From Octopus vulgaris (lineage: Eukaryota): DNA of 64,000 nucleotides. The notes below the pieces were generated by a model, which had not been told where the DNA came from, searched no databases, and saw only the letters and a program-made list of their open reading frames with translations. Where the stretch lies: contig OX597815.1 in assembly GCA_951406725.2 (NCBI GenBank), positions 112,096,001 through 112,160,000 of the forward strand, given 5' to 3'. The translations under genes were made by a program, and so were the position numbers. Below, in pieces: positions 1 to 14,291 of this stretch; within the stretch, counting starts at the first letter, position 1; each line of letters starts with the position of its first letter.

Positions 1-5
1 TATTA

Positions 6-48
<43 letters not shown>

Positions 49-103
49 CATTATTATTATTATTATTATTAATATTATTATTATTATTACCATCATCATT
101 ATT
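1..103. repeat. (ATT)n/(ATC)n microsatellite
   Basis: Directly visible trinucleotide run. Confidence 0.95.
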
Positions 104-1271
104 GAATTTAAATGAAACTATGTTTACTCTACCGTTGATGCACTAGGGTTGATATAATCTGTTTCTTACTCCCCCAATATTATTGGCTTTGTGCCAAATT
201 TTGAAACCATTATTAATATTAATGATCACATATACAAATATATAGACGAGAAGTTTCTTTTAGTTATCTATACGTAAAGTTTGTGAAGTTATTTTCTTTG
301 TGTGTACAAAGTTAAAATAAGTAAAATTATAATTTTTGTAGCAATTTAAAATTAGTTGATATTAAAACTATATTCTTATTAGTGAAACATTGACACATTT
401 TGGTAACATTCTTCTTTCGTGATTCTAATCTCAGTACATTATATGCAACATATATTATACATGTAAGTAATTGACATTTAAACAGTTCTAAATATTCCAT
501 TTAATTTCCTTTAATTTATTTTACTTTCACTTAATTTACTTTACTTGTTTTTATATTTCTAAATGTTAGCATTACTATTAATTTGTAAATACACAATGAG
601 ATACGAAAAAAGCTAAATTTTGAGTATTGTAAATGTATAACCTTACCTAATATTACTCATAATCATATAAACTTATTGTCAATATAATACGTGATCGTAT
701 ATAATAGGATGTATATCGAATATATTCTTTGGTTGATCACTCATTTGTGCATTCTGTTGACTCATTAATTTATAACATTTTGAAATTTGTATTATCCATC
801 ATTTCATTTGGTGACAAATCACCAGAAAATTATGCATGTTACATATGAGGTTGAATGGTTAATATTTGGGGCTTTACAGGGAGTGGTCAATATTTAACCG
901 TCCATGTAAGCCAAAAGATTTTCATTTTTTATTTTATTTTCAATTTCGCAGAATTATGACTTCATTAATTTAAGTTTTGCTTTAGCTAAGAAAGAGAATT
1001 TGAGGAACTTTTTATCATTTCTTTCCTTTTTTTTTCTTTCTAATCGTTCCACTTTTTGCATGTACTTTCTTCACATTTTTTTCGTGTTTTTTCATCTTTT
1101 AAAAAAACATGAGGTAGGTTTTTTAAATGCATCAGACGATGCAACTGAGTCTCAAATATTGCTTGTTATATAATCTAGCCAAATTATTATTTCCCTAAAA
1201 CATGAAACTATTAGCAGCACATTTGTAAGCTGGGTATATTGAATAGTATACACCCCCACACAAATATATTG

Positions 1272-1358
<87 letters not shown>

Positions 1359-2618
1359 TTTATATATATAATTTCAGCAAAACAATTAAGATTCAAATGA
1401 ATTCAAATGAATTCAAATGAATATGGTACTTAACTTAGATGCACCAGAATTCTATATGGTATTAACCGTAAAAATATGTGGGGTGATTATAACCAAGAAA
1501 AAAGTAACAAGATTGGATCAGTAATTCGGTACAATTGTTTCATACTGAGAACATTTTTATTTAAAGCTGCAAATATTACAGCAAATATAATGTCAAGTAT
1601 TCCTCAGCCAAATCACATATATGTTTTCCAACCATCCTAGAAAGTGTAAATATCCTTATGAAGTATTCAGAGTGAGTTCTATGAATTCGAAGTAAGGTAA
1701 TAAGCAGACTTTATATGTTTTACAACAATGCACAGTTTTTTAAAATATTTTAAAAAAGATTATTAAATTCTCAGAGAAGGTAAATCCAACCATAAAGGTG
1801 TTGATATAAATTCCGGGAAACATGAGGAAAGGTGTTGTTAACACACTGGTTCAGTTCACATCTAACTGTTGCAAACGGAATTTAGTAGTAGTAAGGAATA
1901 TAGCGACGTAGGTTTAGCCAAGTAAAGGACCTTATGGGAGGAAAGTAGTGGGGGAGTAAGAGGGAATAAGGGTGCCACAGACAAAGATTAGTCTGTTTCT
2001 GTGGTGACAGAAAATCTAGGTCAATGTTGAAGGAATCTTGAATTTATAAAAGAACGGTAAGTTTGACCACCGGCTCTGAACTTGGAGCCTCTCAGAGATC
2101 AAAGGAAAGCATTATAGGGGTCAAAGGTTATCAGTAGAGGAAGATACAGTAAGAAAGTTAAGGATAAGACAAGAAAAGAGGATTATTTATTTTTATTGTT
2201 TCTATTTTAACTTTTGTTTATATATTGTAAGAAAGAATTTAGGTCAACATCTAGAGGTCAAATAAAATCAATAGCAGTTAGTAGGGGGATTTTACTTATT
2301 CAAAAATATAGTGGAAATTAAATGTATCCTTAAGAGAATAGTATTACATATTAAATTTAGAATAGAATTAAGAAAGTTTAGCAAATTTATATGATTTAAG
2401 TAAGGTTAATTGAATTGACTATAAAGTCAATTAAAAGTTAGCATAGTACAAATACTATTTATTTTTTATATAAAAAGGTACAGTTAGAAAGAACAGCAGT
2501 GGGAGAACCTTTAAATTTCTATTTATTTCTATTTAAAATATTTTAGAGTTTTGATTTTTGAGTGAATACAAGAGCACCTAATTCTATACGGTTATTTACT
2601 AGATTTTTATCTCTTCTA

Positions 2619-3769
2619 CGAGGGGCGTTCAATAAGTAATGCCCCTGACCCACTTCCCATAGCAGTAGAGCGTTTTTGTAGAAGACCCCAGCTTGGTCCT
2701 CCAACCACGACGTGACTTCAGAAATCAAGGCTGCATCATCTGGGAAAAGCTTTCCTTTCAAAATCAACCTCATGGCTGGGAAGAGGTGAAAATCAGAGGG
2801 TGCAAGGTCAGGTGAGTAGGGGGGATGGGGGATGAGTTCATAGCCATACGCCTGTGCTTCTGATCTGGCGACACGCGAGTTGTGGATCGGAGCGTTGTCC
2901 TGCAGGAGGAGGATGCCTTTGCTGATCTTGCCCCGCCTCTTGATTTTGATAGCTTCTCTTAATTTCCTCAAAAGTGAAGCATAATAGACTCCTGTAATTG
3001 TGGCACCCTTTGTAAGCATGACCTTGCCAGCGGAGGGCTGCACCCTTCTTTGGAGGAGATGAGTCACGGTGCTTCCACTGCATTGACTGGGCTTTGGTCT
3101 CTGGATCATAGTGATGGACCCAGGTTTTATCCTGTGTGATCAGTCTTTTGAAAAATTTTGACTCATCTTCTTGGCACATCTCCAAATTCATCCTCGAGCA
3201 ATCGACGCGTTCTTGCTTCTGGAAAGGTGTGAGCAACCTGGGAATCCATCTGGCAGACACCTTTTGCATATGCAAATGGTCATGAATGATAGTTTCCACA
3301 GACCCGGTACTAATCTTGACCTCATGGGCTATTTGGCGAATAGTTATGCGTCGATGTTCCAAAATGGCAGCCTCAACTTGACAGACAGATGCCTCATCAA
3401 TGGCAGAAGGGGGGCGACCATATCTGGGAGCTGTTTCCACAGAGTTCCGACCATGTTTGAATTCACGATGCCAGCGTTTTACAAGGTCATATGATGGGGC
3501 ATCATCACCATAAGTTACTTTCATTTCATCAAAAGTCTCCCGTGGTGTGCGTCCTTTCAAATACAAAAACCGGATCACTGCTCGACACTCAACAGGCTCC
3601 ATTTCCCACTTGACTCAGTTCAAACACCTGTAAATCGGAAACCACAATTAGTTCAGAGCTGTAATTTGCCACTTACTCTATAGAGATATAAATAATTGCA
3701 CATGCAAAATTTCAGCTAGACTAAACAACGGCAAGTGGGTCAGAGGCATTACTTATTGAACGTCCCTCG
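2619..3769 (-). mobile_element. Mariner (Tc1/mariner) DNA transposon with TIRs and TA target-site duplication
   Basis: Left TIR CGAGGGGCGTTCAATAAGTAATGCCCCTGACCCACTT is a near-perfect reverse complement of the right end AAGTGGGTCAGAGGCATTACTTATTGAACGTCCCTCG. TA lies at 2617-2618 and 3770-3771. Confidence 0.95.
2660..3602 (-). pseudogene. Mariner transposase, frameshifted and internally deleted
   Basis: HTH N-terminus, WIPRLL (WVPHEL-like), ITQDKTWVHHYDPETK, LLQDNAPIH and HPPYSPDLAPSDFHLF motifs are split over two frames. Confidence 0.92.
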
Positions 3770-5780
3770 TATGCTTTAGAATCTCATATGTCTCCATGGA
3801 ACAAAGCTGACAACCCACCCTGTTATTTCTATAAGGCGCTACCTTACTAACTATTTCCCATTCGAGGTTATATTTAATATTATTAGTTTTGAGCTCCCAA
3901 ATTTTACTGGAAAGTGTGGTGGAACCAGCTTTATGATCTAACTTAAAAAAGGAGAGATGATTGCTAACTCTTTGCTTAAAATTTATCGTACAGCCTAAAT
4001 AAAAAAAATTACTATTCGAAGTTGTTATAGTACAGTTATAGATTACATTATGGACCCCACACCGACCAGATGCCGGACATTTTGACTTAATCCTACAATT
4101 TCAGCAATGGGGATAATTTTCAAATCTAGAATTGTTTAAAGATAGATCTGCCATATTGCTGTTATTCAAATTATTATGAGTATTATTTTCGTTATTATAG
4201 GTAATACTATTATCTGAAGTTGGGCTACTATTTGTCGGTCCGTTTACACTATCATTTAGATCTGCCATAGCGATATCACAATTACCCACGTTATTGGTAT
4301 TGTTATTATTATTGCTTATATTTGTATCTGAATGCTTATTACTGTTATAGATATAATTATTATCTTCATTACTGATATTATTTCTATTTGTATTGCCCGT
4401 ATTATTATCATTATTATTACTCCTATTAATATTAGTTATATCCTTGCTGTTGATACTGCTCTTATTTTGATAATTATTATTATTGTTATTATTTTTATTT
4501 ATGATACTATCATTATAATCGTTGTTGGTATTCCTGTTGATATCAGTCTTATTACTCCTGGCTGACTTAATGTTTTTATTATTAATTCTAGCTATTATAG
4601 TGGACATATTTGGGAGGGTTGAAATCCTAACCGTTCTCTTAGAAATTATTCTATGATATCTATGAGAGGCTGGAAACTTTCTTCTAGTATTGAATAGAAT
4701 CTGCCATATATATCCGATAAGATCGCGCAGTTGAAAGGAAAATTCAACCATATTATATTTTCTTTATTATATTTTCTTAAATTAGAGTTAGGGTTAGTTG
4801 AATTATTATTGATCCCACGAAAATTATTAATCATATTACTTTTATTTTTATGCTTTTTAGATTTATCCAGAATAGCCTTATCAAAGTTACTTATGCCCTG
4901 GTCAATATTTCTATCTTTATGATTAGGTTTGCACACTGGATTCTTTGTCACCATAAATCTATTATTATTTTTATTACGGGCACGATCTATATTCATGTTT
5001 ATGTAGTTAATGTTCCCATCATTATTAGGAATATGCAAGCTATCCTTATCAAGAAAGGTAATCTCCTGGTTATATCCTGCTTTAGATAATGCTGTATTAT
5101 AGTGTTTAGAGTGAAAGTTAAATATATCATTATTAGATGATAGTTTGGAAATTCTTAGGGAAATATTTCTAGCCAAAGATTTTATTATATTTGGGGGATG
5201 ATTAGATAATTTATTTACGTATCTAGTGATTTCACCTTCCTTTGTAAATGGGTAATGCAGCTTAGAGTTAAGGTCTAATGTAATATCCAGGAAATTGACT
5301 ATCTTAGTGCCAGGTTCATAAGTTATGCTAAGGTTAAAATCTTTAAAGAACTTGTTAATTTTCTTTCTAATCCATTCAATGCTAGATTTATTATTATTAG
5401 GAATAACAAACAGAGCATCATCCCTATATAGACCTCTTGTAATTCAGGGATTTCCCTTTTTATGCCCTTTAATAGATATGTCCCCACCAAATTAGTTATC
5501 TCAACCGAAGCACTAGAACTCATGGGTATATCGAAATTATTAGGGGTATCTGCTCTGGTTCATAATTTACCTTCAAATTCTATAATAGTTTTTCTAGCTA
5601 ATAGTACTATATCGATTTCATCTCTAGATATGAGGGAGCAATTCATGGTAAAAATGAGCGATTTATTTACCAAAATGCGGGAAATACTAGAATAATAATT
5701 ATTAATATCAAACTGAATAAAAGAGATACTACTAGTGTTACCTGGAGAGTTAAACCATTCTAATACTTCATAAGAATTTC

Positions 5781-5882
<102 letters not shown>

Positions 5883-6630
5883 TGTGTGTGTATTTGTTAT
5901 ACATTATAATATGACCATCAGTATTAAATTCTGAAAATATTCTGCAATATTTTGGTAATATGATTTTTTAAATATTAATTTAATGTGTATCTTCAATGAT
6001 AAAATACAATAATAGTATGAACTATAGTCTTAGCTTTCTTGTTTACAATAGAAGCTTAAATTAGAAAGGGATCGATATAAAATTTGCAATCCATGTACTA
6101 GAAGAAATTATCCAACAGACAAAATTATAAAAATAAATTCTATGAAAGGTATTACCTAAGGGCGCGAATTATCCCTGTGGTGCTTATAATCGGACAAGTT
6201 TTTTATCAAGCCTGCCGACATCACCCTTGCGACATGATGTCATGTAAATTGAAGTATCTGGTTGAAAATATCCTGAGAAAATCCGTGATTCACTATTTCC
6301 GAATTTATGGGAAAATGTATATAAAACTAGTTCTACACAGTGTTTTGCAATGTTGAATTTTTTTTACAGTGATTAAAAACAACATATTTAATTTTTACAA
6401 CTTCAGTGCCGTGAAGAGTATAAGGACAACTATTCTTCAGTGCAGCAACACCTAGATGATGTTCATTAAAAAACTTATATAAATATTTTAAAAACCAAAC
6501 ATTATGGTTTCTAAAACATTCAAAGTATTATGACACAAGGAAATTTTGTTTGTATTAATGCCACAAACACTGCACATCATCATTACACAAAAGAAGTTAT
6601 AGCTTTGAGCTTTTAGCAAATTCTATATGT

Positions 6631-7560
6631 TAACCTTTGAGGGACCAAAACGACGTATATACGAGTGCAACCTATTTATAACTGGCCAAAATGTTCCAAG
6701 CCGTTCATTAATAAGGATTGTAAATACCTTTCTACATTCCTTGGACTTGAGGTGCAGCCCACGAATGAAACCAAAGGCATCTTCTTTCTATAACTGAGCG
6801 ATTCAATATATGTCATTTATATAATTACCGATTATATAATTATGTCTAACAGCTTAATATTGCTATGTGTAACGGCTTTTTAATCTACTGTTAAGTGGCA
6901 GATGAAACCTGATGCATTGTTTTCACATATCCGTTGCTATAAGTTATAAAACAGTCCGATTGACTAAATCTTCATCTCAGCATCGACGCATAAGTTTTAA
7001 CTTTATATGTTCGATGGTGTATGATATATTCTCACATTATTTAAAAAAACTTTATCATGCAAATAATGTTTTCTTCAGATCCGATTCTAAACGGGAATAT
7101 CTTATCACATGACCCTTGTGATCCTTCGAAGGTATGTCACATACACGCAGCTGGTGTTATCACAGATAATGATCTGCTATTTATGAACTTTCTAATATTA
7201 GTGAAGTTTCAGTGGGTTTTCTGCTTGAACATCTATAAATTGTGAATATTTCGGAACAAAAACAAAAAACAAAAACAAAAGAAAAGAAAAGAAGCCTCCT
7301 GACTGAAAGTTGTGTGCGCAAAGAGCTACGAGTAGGGTTAGGAGTGATATACAAGAATTGCAAAAATACAGGCAGTATATAAGCAGAGTATATCAGGTAG
7401 TACGATAACTGAAAGAAGAAAATGTTCTGAAAGTAATGAAGTAAACATTGTAAACAGAAAAGAATGTTTGTTACTGTGTGGGCCGTTCCAAGCAGCCAGT
7501 CGGTATTTACTTATCTGAAATAATTCTATGTAGTAATAGAAACATGCCACATATGTACAC
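6631..7560 (-). mobile_element. Possible decayed piggyBac 3' end
   Basis: TTAA-CC terminus-like sequence at 6631 and faint similarity to a piggyBac C-terminal region. Highly degenerate and judged by eye only. Confidence 0.3.
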
Positions 7561-7949
7561 AAGCCCAGTCCCAGTCACACCCCAACTTTACACGATATGT
7601 ATGAGTCGCTGAACATCACTAAATATCAAATTATTTTTCTGATTCTTAAAACGTAGTCAGATATTATGATGTATATTTCGCAATATCGTAAACTAGATTG
7701 ATGTAATAGATTACATGAATTTATTATATATTTGACGGCTTCACTTGAGTGAACTGCGCAGATAAGTGTAGCTATTTTACTGTACAGCTGTTATACATCA
7801 GTGTCGCGTCTCCTACGTAAGTAATGCATGTAATGGATAGCTTTTATTTCGATTACAACAGTGTAGAAAAATTTTAGAAGTGACAGAACAGAACTGCGCT
7901 GTATGAAAATTAACTTTCCTGTATGTACAATGGACGACCATTTGTTATC

Positions 7950-9420
7950 ATCTACAAGTGAAAAATAGTTTATACGATATGTCCTGGCAGAGAGAGACAG
8001 AATGAAAGAGAGGAAGAGAGAGCCCTTTTGTGCACACTGAAATAATTATTTTTGGCCCAACACTTTTCTTTTGCTGGTTCTTGATCCAACATTTTTCTTG
8101 CGTTATTCGTTGTTTAATTATTATTGTTTAAGTGCAGCTCAATCTTTTCTTAGTAAGTTCTCTTGGCAAATCCATTTACGCTGGGGCTACACCATGGTTA
8201 TATACATCCACACCTGCATTGCTCAATATGGTGTATGTTATCATTTGGGAGATGGTTAATATGACTTGTGAGTTGATTGACTCAGTAAAGACCGTCTTAG
8301 TGTCAATGCCTCTATTTAGATTGAATATGTCATTAAGAACTGAAAGAAAACAGCGTTAAATATGTACATGATGCACTACTGTTTTCATCTCATTGGAAAA
8401 GAAATGTTAAAAGCGATTGCAATCAGAACGTAATTGCAGCAATTTCCTTTACGCCTCGTCTTGCGAAGTGAACTTTAGATTTCACCAATTCTGATTTCAA
8501 ATGTTTCAGTATAAAGAGATTGTATTGTTGCTGGCCTCTATAAGACCCCAGAAAGATGCTAAGAAGTTTCGCACAATTCTTATCCATTTATTTAGTTTAG
8601 ACTCGTCTTTGAGCTTCTGTATCTTCTAACAATTATGATATGTCATATTAATAAGAAGAGGGATTATCTTTACATCACAAACGATTGTAACGAAGATCCT
8701 TGTATAAACTGTAATCTTCTGGTTGACAGAATTCACCGAATACAATGGAATTCTATAGTAAGATTTTACTATCCCCTTGTGGTGTTACAACTCTAAATAT
8801 CATCATCGTGACAACTTTCCATTCCAATTAATTGTTCCTTAAAGATACAAAGTATTATTTTCTTAGGGACACATAGGATAATTCTGTACGTAGCAGGTTT
8901 TTATATTTTCGCAGCAGAAAATTAAATTAATATTGATTTATCACTTTGCTACGAGGCGAAACATTTCGGGGAAGATGCATAGAAGATTAAATCCATCAAG
9001 CGTGTAACATCTGATTTTATTGTTACAAAAAGGTGAAAATCAAGGCAAAAACCAGGCTTTATTTTAGCATAGAGTTGTTCCAAAATACAGAACCTAAATA
9101 CACTGTTGCTATAATATAGGAGGTATTTTTTTATCCAAGTCAATACTGTAGATCAAACTGAAAATCCGCTAAGTTATTTAACTACTACTGTTGGATTAAT
9201 CATACGCTTGTGCAACTAGAGCTGCGTATGATTGAATTATTCTTGCATTCTTTGATAATAGCATTCCAGCCGCAATCGCCCAGCATTGTATGCCCAAGGT
9301 GTTTCATATTTTTTAAGCCTGTACGGGCGTTGATTGGAAGAGGTTTATCTGCTTTTTCTACAGAGGCAAATGACTACATTGAGCTTCCTGGGTTGCGAGA
9401 TATTTAATAATATGTCTGAC
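7950..9420 (-). mobile_element. Possible highly decayed hAT-type transposase relic
   Basis: Faint BED-finger-like start (VICLCRK) and remnants resembling REDY and RWL motifs across shifting frames. Confidence 0.35.
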
Positions 9421-9949
9421 CTGTTCTACCCACTAAACTGGTTTCATAAAATCTTAGAATTGGCAATGTGTTGCTCTCTAATGCTTATCTATCATGATTT
9501 GTACTTTGAACTTTTATTGAACTAAACTTTTTTTCCATTTCACACATAAAGAATCGATATAAATATCATACAGAAACAAATGCTGCAGAATAATTTGCTT
9601 TACACGCCAGATCGATTTGATTTTTCGCGGTAATAAATACCGCAAATATTACCAATGCATTCTCTGTTGTTTTTTTTTAGATAAAATACATTCACAATAC
9701 ATGTTTAAATGTACAAACTCTATGCAAAATAGCTGGCAAGATTGCCATAAAACTGATACATTAACAGGTAACGGTGAAAAAGTACAGGCTCACTAAAAAA
9801 TACTGATTCTTTTGTTAGATTGATTTGCACATATACACAATACATATACATAAATATACATCCACACACCCACATACATACCTCTTCGTGTATATATATA
9901 TATATATGTGCGTGAGTAAATACACACACATAAATATATATCAACATAA

Positions 9950-10625
9950 ATATACCAAAGTAAGCACATAAATGCGAAACAAGGTGGGAAAATAGTACTC
10001 AATTACCGGAGGTAGAGTAATATGCTTTATTATAATTACGCTGCAAAACCATCACAAAAATATCGCTAAACATTGCTACTCAGCGTTTCACGTTCCCGTT
10101 CCTTGCACAGTTTAGATTGTGAATCTAAACTGTCCGACGAACAGCAACGGGAAATTAATAGTAGCAGATTTATAGTGATATATTTTTGTTATGGTCTTGT
10201 AGCTTTAATTATAATAAACATAAATATATACATATTAACTTACATATATTTTAATATTTCACTTACGCATAACGATATTGGTAAGCTAGTATTAGAACTC
10301 AGTATATACATGTTTCAGAATAAAGCGTTAGCTGGGTACATAGGGCAATATGAAATTACATAAATGACAAAGGAACAGGAAATTATGTAATGGAACTTAC
10401 ACATGTTTCTGCTACAGGAAGCTGTGCACTCAGAGCTGAAGGATTTTGCATCGCCCTATAAATATTTCAGAGCTTCTAAGATGAAGTTCAATTCTATTCA
10501 AGAATCCCCGTGCAAACTATAAGGGCATGCACAAACACTAAGCTCTGAGCGTATTACATCTTATAGCAGATGCAGCTGTGGGCTAAAGAAGATCCCTGCA
10601 TAATTTCTTGCTCCTTTGTTATTTA
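9950..10625 (-). mobile_element. PLE pseudo-LTR fragments with internal palindrome
   Basis: Terminal motif AAAATAGTACTC...AGGTAGAGTAATATGC...GCTGCA is shared with 49495-49552. Palindrome ACAGTTTAGATT-GTG-AATCTAAACTGT lies near 10107-10133. The minus strand carries GAAACATGTGTA, identical to the 3' half of the PLE2 ribozyme. Confidence 0.55.
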
Positions 10626-10643
10626 TATGCATATGTATGTATG

Positions 10644-10731
<88 letters not shown>

Positions 10732-11470
10732 TATGTATGTACGTATATACATGCATGCATATATGTATGTGCGAATGTGTCTCTTTAAATAAAGATGTGC
10801 AAAACAATAAATACAGTTCCGTCACTGAAGCACAAGAAGATATACATGATACATACTATATGTATATATTTCCCTTAGCATATGTTACTTATTTGAAAGC
10901 TAAGCGCTAGCCATCATTATATTTCATTGGGAAATCTCTAAATTGAATACATTTTCTAAAAAAGCAAAACCAGTGTTTGAAGCTAAAACATTAATGCTTG
11001 GAGAAAATGAAAATTGACCATCATAATACTAGCACGAGACAAATACACTTGAAGCTATTAACTTAGTTTTTTTTGTACTTCGCTCATTTATACCTCTTTA
11101 TATCACGAGTATTGGCTCTCTACGGCTGCAGTTCTAAAATGGAATTGACAATTAAATTACAATTTTCAAACCACCAAAATAACCAAAAGGTGCTTGAAAG
11201 ATGACCTCCGTCTGCTTTAACAATAAGTTTACAACGTGTGAGTGTATGTCTGTCGATAATTAAGTGGGAGGTAACATATTGGTGTAGACCTGTAAATATA
11301 CACACACATACATGCATGTATGTACGTAATACTCTTACGGGCACAACTATGTATACGTGAAAGTGCATCCGCCCATTGATATACATAGAATTACTTGTGT
11401 GTATATCTACACACACACACAAGCACACACGCACACACATATACACACACGAAGATAGACAGAGTCAGAT

Positions 11471-11473
<3 letters not shown>

Positions 11474-11544
<71 letters not shown>

Positions 11545-11863
11545 AGATACATACACACATACATACATACATACATGCATACATACATACATACATACAT
11601 ACATACATACATACATACATACATACATACATACATACATACAAACATATATTCATGCATATAAATATATTCATAAGTGTTCACTTGTATGATTATTTTA
11701 TGATATGAATAAAAACAGACCTGACTTATTCGTAACTGCGAAGCGTCGATATCATGGAAAAAATTGAGGAAACGTAGAGATAGATAGAGAGATTGATAGA
11801 TACATAGATAGCTTAATAGATATATAGATAGATAGATAGATAAATATTATATAGCTAGCTAGC

Positions 11864-11947
<84 letters not shown>

Positions 11948-11976
11948 CAGACATATACATACATACATACATACAT
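11474..11976. repeat. Compound microsatellites (TA)n(GA)n(TACA)n and (GATA)n
   Basis: Directly visible. Confidence 0.95.
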
Positions 11977-12779
11977 AATTGTTTTACGAAAATCTTATAT
12001 AATTTTATTCCTGTAAGTACTTTGGTTAGAGGTTAGAGACACATTTGAATGCCAAGGTGATTCACTGTCATGAGTAGTGTGGCAATAAATACAGCCATCT
12101 AATAAAAGAGAATATTCAAATGAAAAGAAAATCTAATCTTCAAACTACAACAAAACACGTTGCAAGAAATACGGAAATGGCTTGTCCACAGAATTTTACA
12201 TCGGTCATTAGCTACACAAAACATTCATAACATAATTCCCTGGTTTCTAATGCCAATGTTACTCAGCAGTGCGTATAATTTGCTTTAATCATACTGAGAC
12301 AAAATTTTACCATTTCTTTGTAAATTGCATCTTTTTTATTTAGTTATCCGTGAATAAAGAGGTGTTAAGCATAGTCAATAATTGATATAGAAATTTGATT
12401 TCATTTTACTTCGTTATAGACTTGCTTGGCCCTTTCTGCTCTGTCTTTTGTTCAACTGTCTACGAATACCTATATATATTTATCTACATAGAGCTACCGT
12501 TTATATTCACCACTGTGTCTTTTTATATGATTTGAGAAACTCAGCGCGTATTATTGAAATCTCGAAATAAAGCATCTTCCCTGACATATGTGTGTGCGTG
12601 AGCGAGGGTGTGCGCACGCTGATACGTGCATGATATGTATGTGTGTGTGTGTATGTGTGTGTGTGTGTATGTGTGTGTGTGTGTGTGTGTATGTGTGTGT
12701 GTGTGTGTGTATGTGTGTGTGTATAAATCTAAATAAACTTTCGTATGTTTCGGTCAATATTAGCTCAGGTCATGAGTAA

Positions 12780-13631
12780 TTTAATAGCATCACTTGGTAA
12801 TTTATGGTTAGACCATGTCTTTTCGTGACCAGAGCCTACTCACGTGTGGAGATCCTGTTGGTCAACACGCATCCAGGTTTGTTTGCTATTGGTTGCAGGA
12901 AATTTTCCTTTTACCATATGAAGTTTATAAGATCGCTTTCTTCATTTGATTCTGTCTTACGCTATATAAAAGACACCTATTTGTGTAGCAATGAGTTTAT
13001 ATGGTGGCAGTGCGATTTATATGAAGAACATATGTCACGGAGGTCTCAGCCGTTATGTTTCTCTAATTTGATGTTAACGTCATTTTGTTCGGTTTTTCAA
13101 TCTCTATTGACGTTGAAGGGAAAATATTCTCATTATTATGAGTTGGACCAGAAATGAGGGTCTTTTGTAACAATTTCTTTATCGTTTTCCTTTGGCAATA
13201 CTGCAGCACAGGAAATATTTCATATCTTGTTTAGAATAAAGAAACTGAAAAGGCAAAAAAAATCTTTAAACTCTGGCCGGGCAAAAGAAAGAGAAGTACG
13301 ATATGATCTGGCTATTTTGTCTGGATGGCTCGTACAAGCCCTATGAAAAAAATAGATGATGGTGGTACTATAGATGATGTTTGCACCAACACTTACTGCC
13401 AGGTAACTAATATTATAAGATACCGTGTGCGATTTCCCCTAGAGAAGAGGATATAAGTACTCAGAACCTATTTTCTGAAGTGCTTCAGTTTGAAATTACC
13501 CTTATTAAGCAACAAATTTTATTTCACACCAATTGTCTTACACCATATACGTTCGTTTTGTGCCAAATATTGTCATCCTCTCCGTAGCCGACTGAACGTT
13601 TGTCATGTTAAGATATCTATGTATTGATAAA

Positions 13632-13670
<39 letters not shown>

Positions 13671-14207
13671 CAGGTACACACACTCTTACGAATTGCACAC
13701 ATACATAGGCATATATATATATATATATGTGTGTGTATGTGTGTGTATGTGTGTGTCTGTCTATATATATATATAGACATACACACACACGTTATATATA
13801 TATAACGGAAGGAAAATAAAAAGGAAGAGGCATGAAGTTAAAACATAGGCACCCACATCGACGATATTGGAGTGTATAAAAGAAACATATATTCATATCA
13901 AAATAAGTATTTAGTAATAGGAATTCCGGATGACATCCATTAGAGTGAATGTACGGAAGAAAATGGCTATTTCTCTATGTATTCTTCTCCAAATAGATGG
14001 ATAATAAAATATCAGAGTGTATCGACCATTTCATATGTGCACTAGATTAATTTGGGGTCGTGTAATGTATACACGTTTTCATCAATCTACTAAGAGTAAG
14101 AAAAGGAGGGAATAAATCAAACATACGTTAAAATGTATCTCTCCATTCATACAATGTATGTGTAAGTAGGTAGGTAGATTAATAAAGTAAGAGATGGGTA
14201 GATAAAC

Positions 14208-14252
<45 letters not shown>

Positions 14253-14253
14253 T

Positions 14254-14291
<38 letters not shown>

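Noticed and set aside
1560-1720. Expected hammerhead in the PLE1 pseudo-LTR
   Set aside because: I could not find an intact CUGANGA/GAAA pair on the minus strand.
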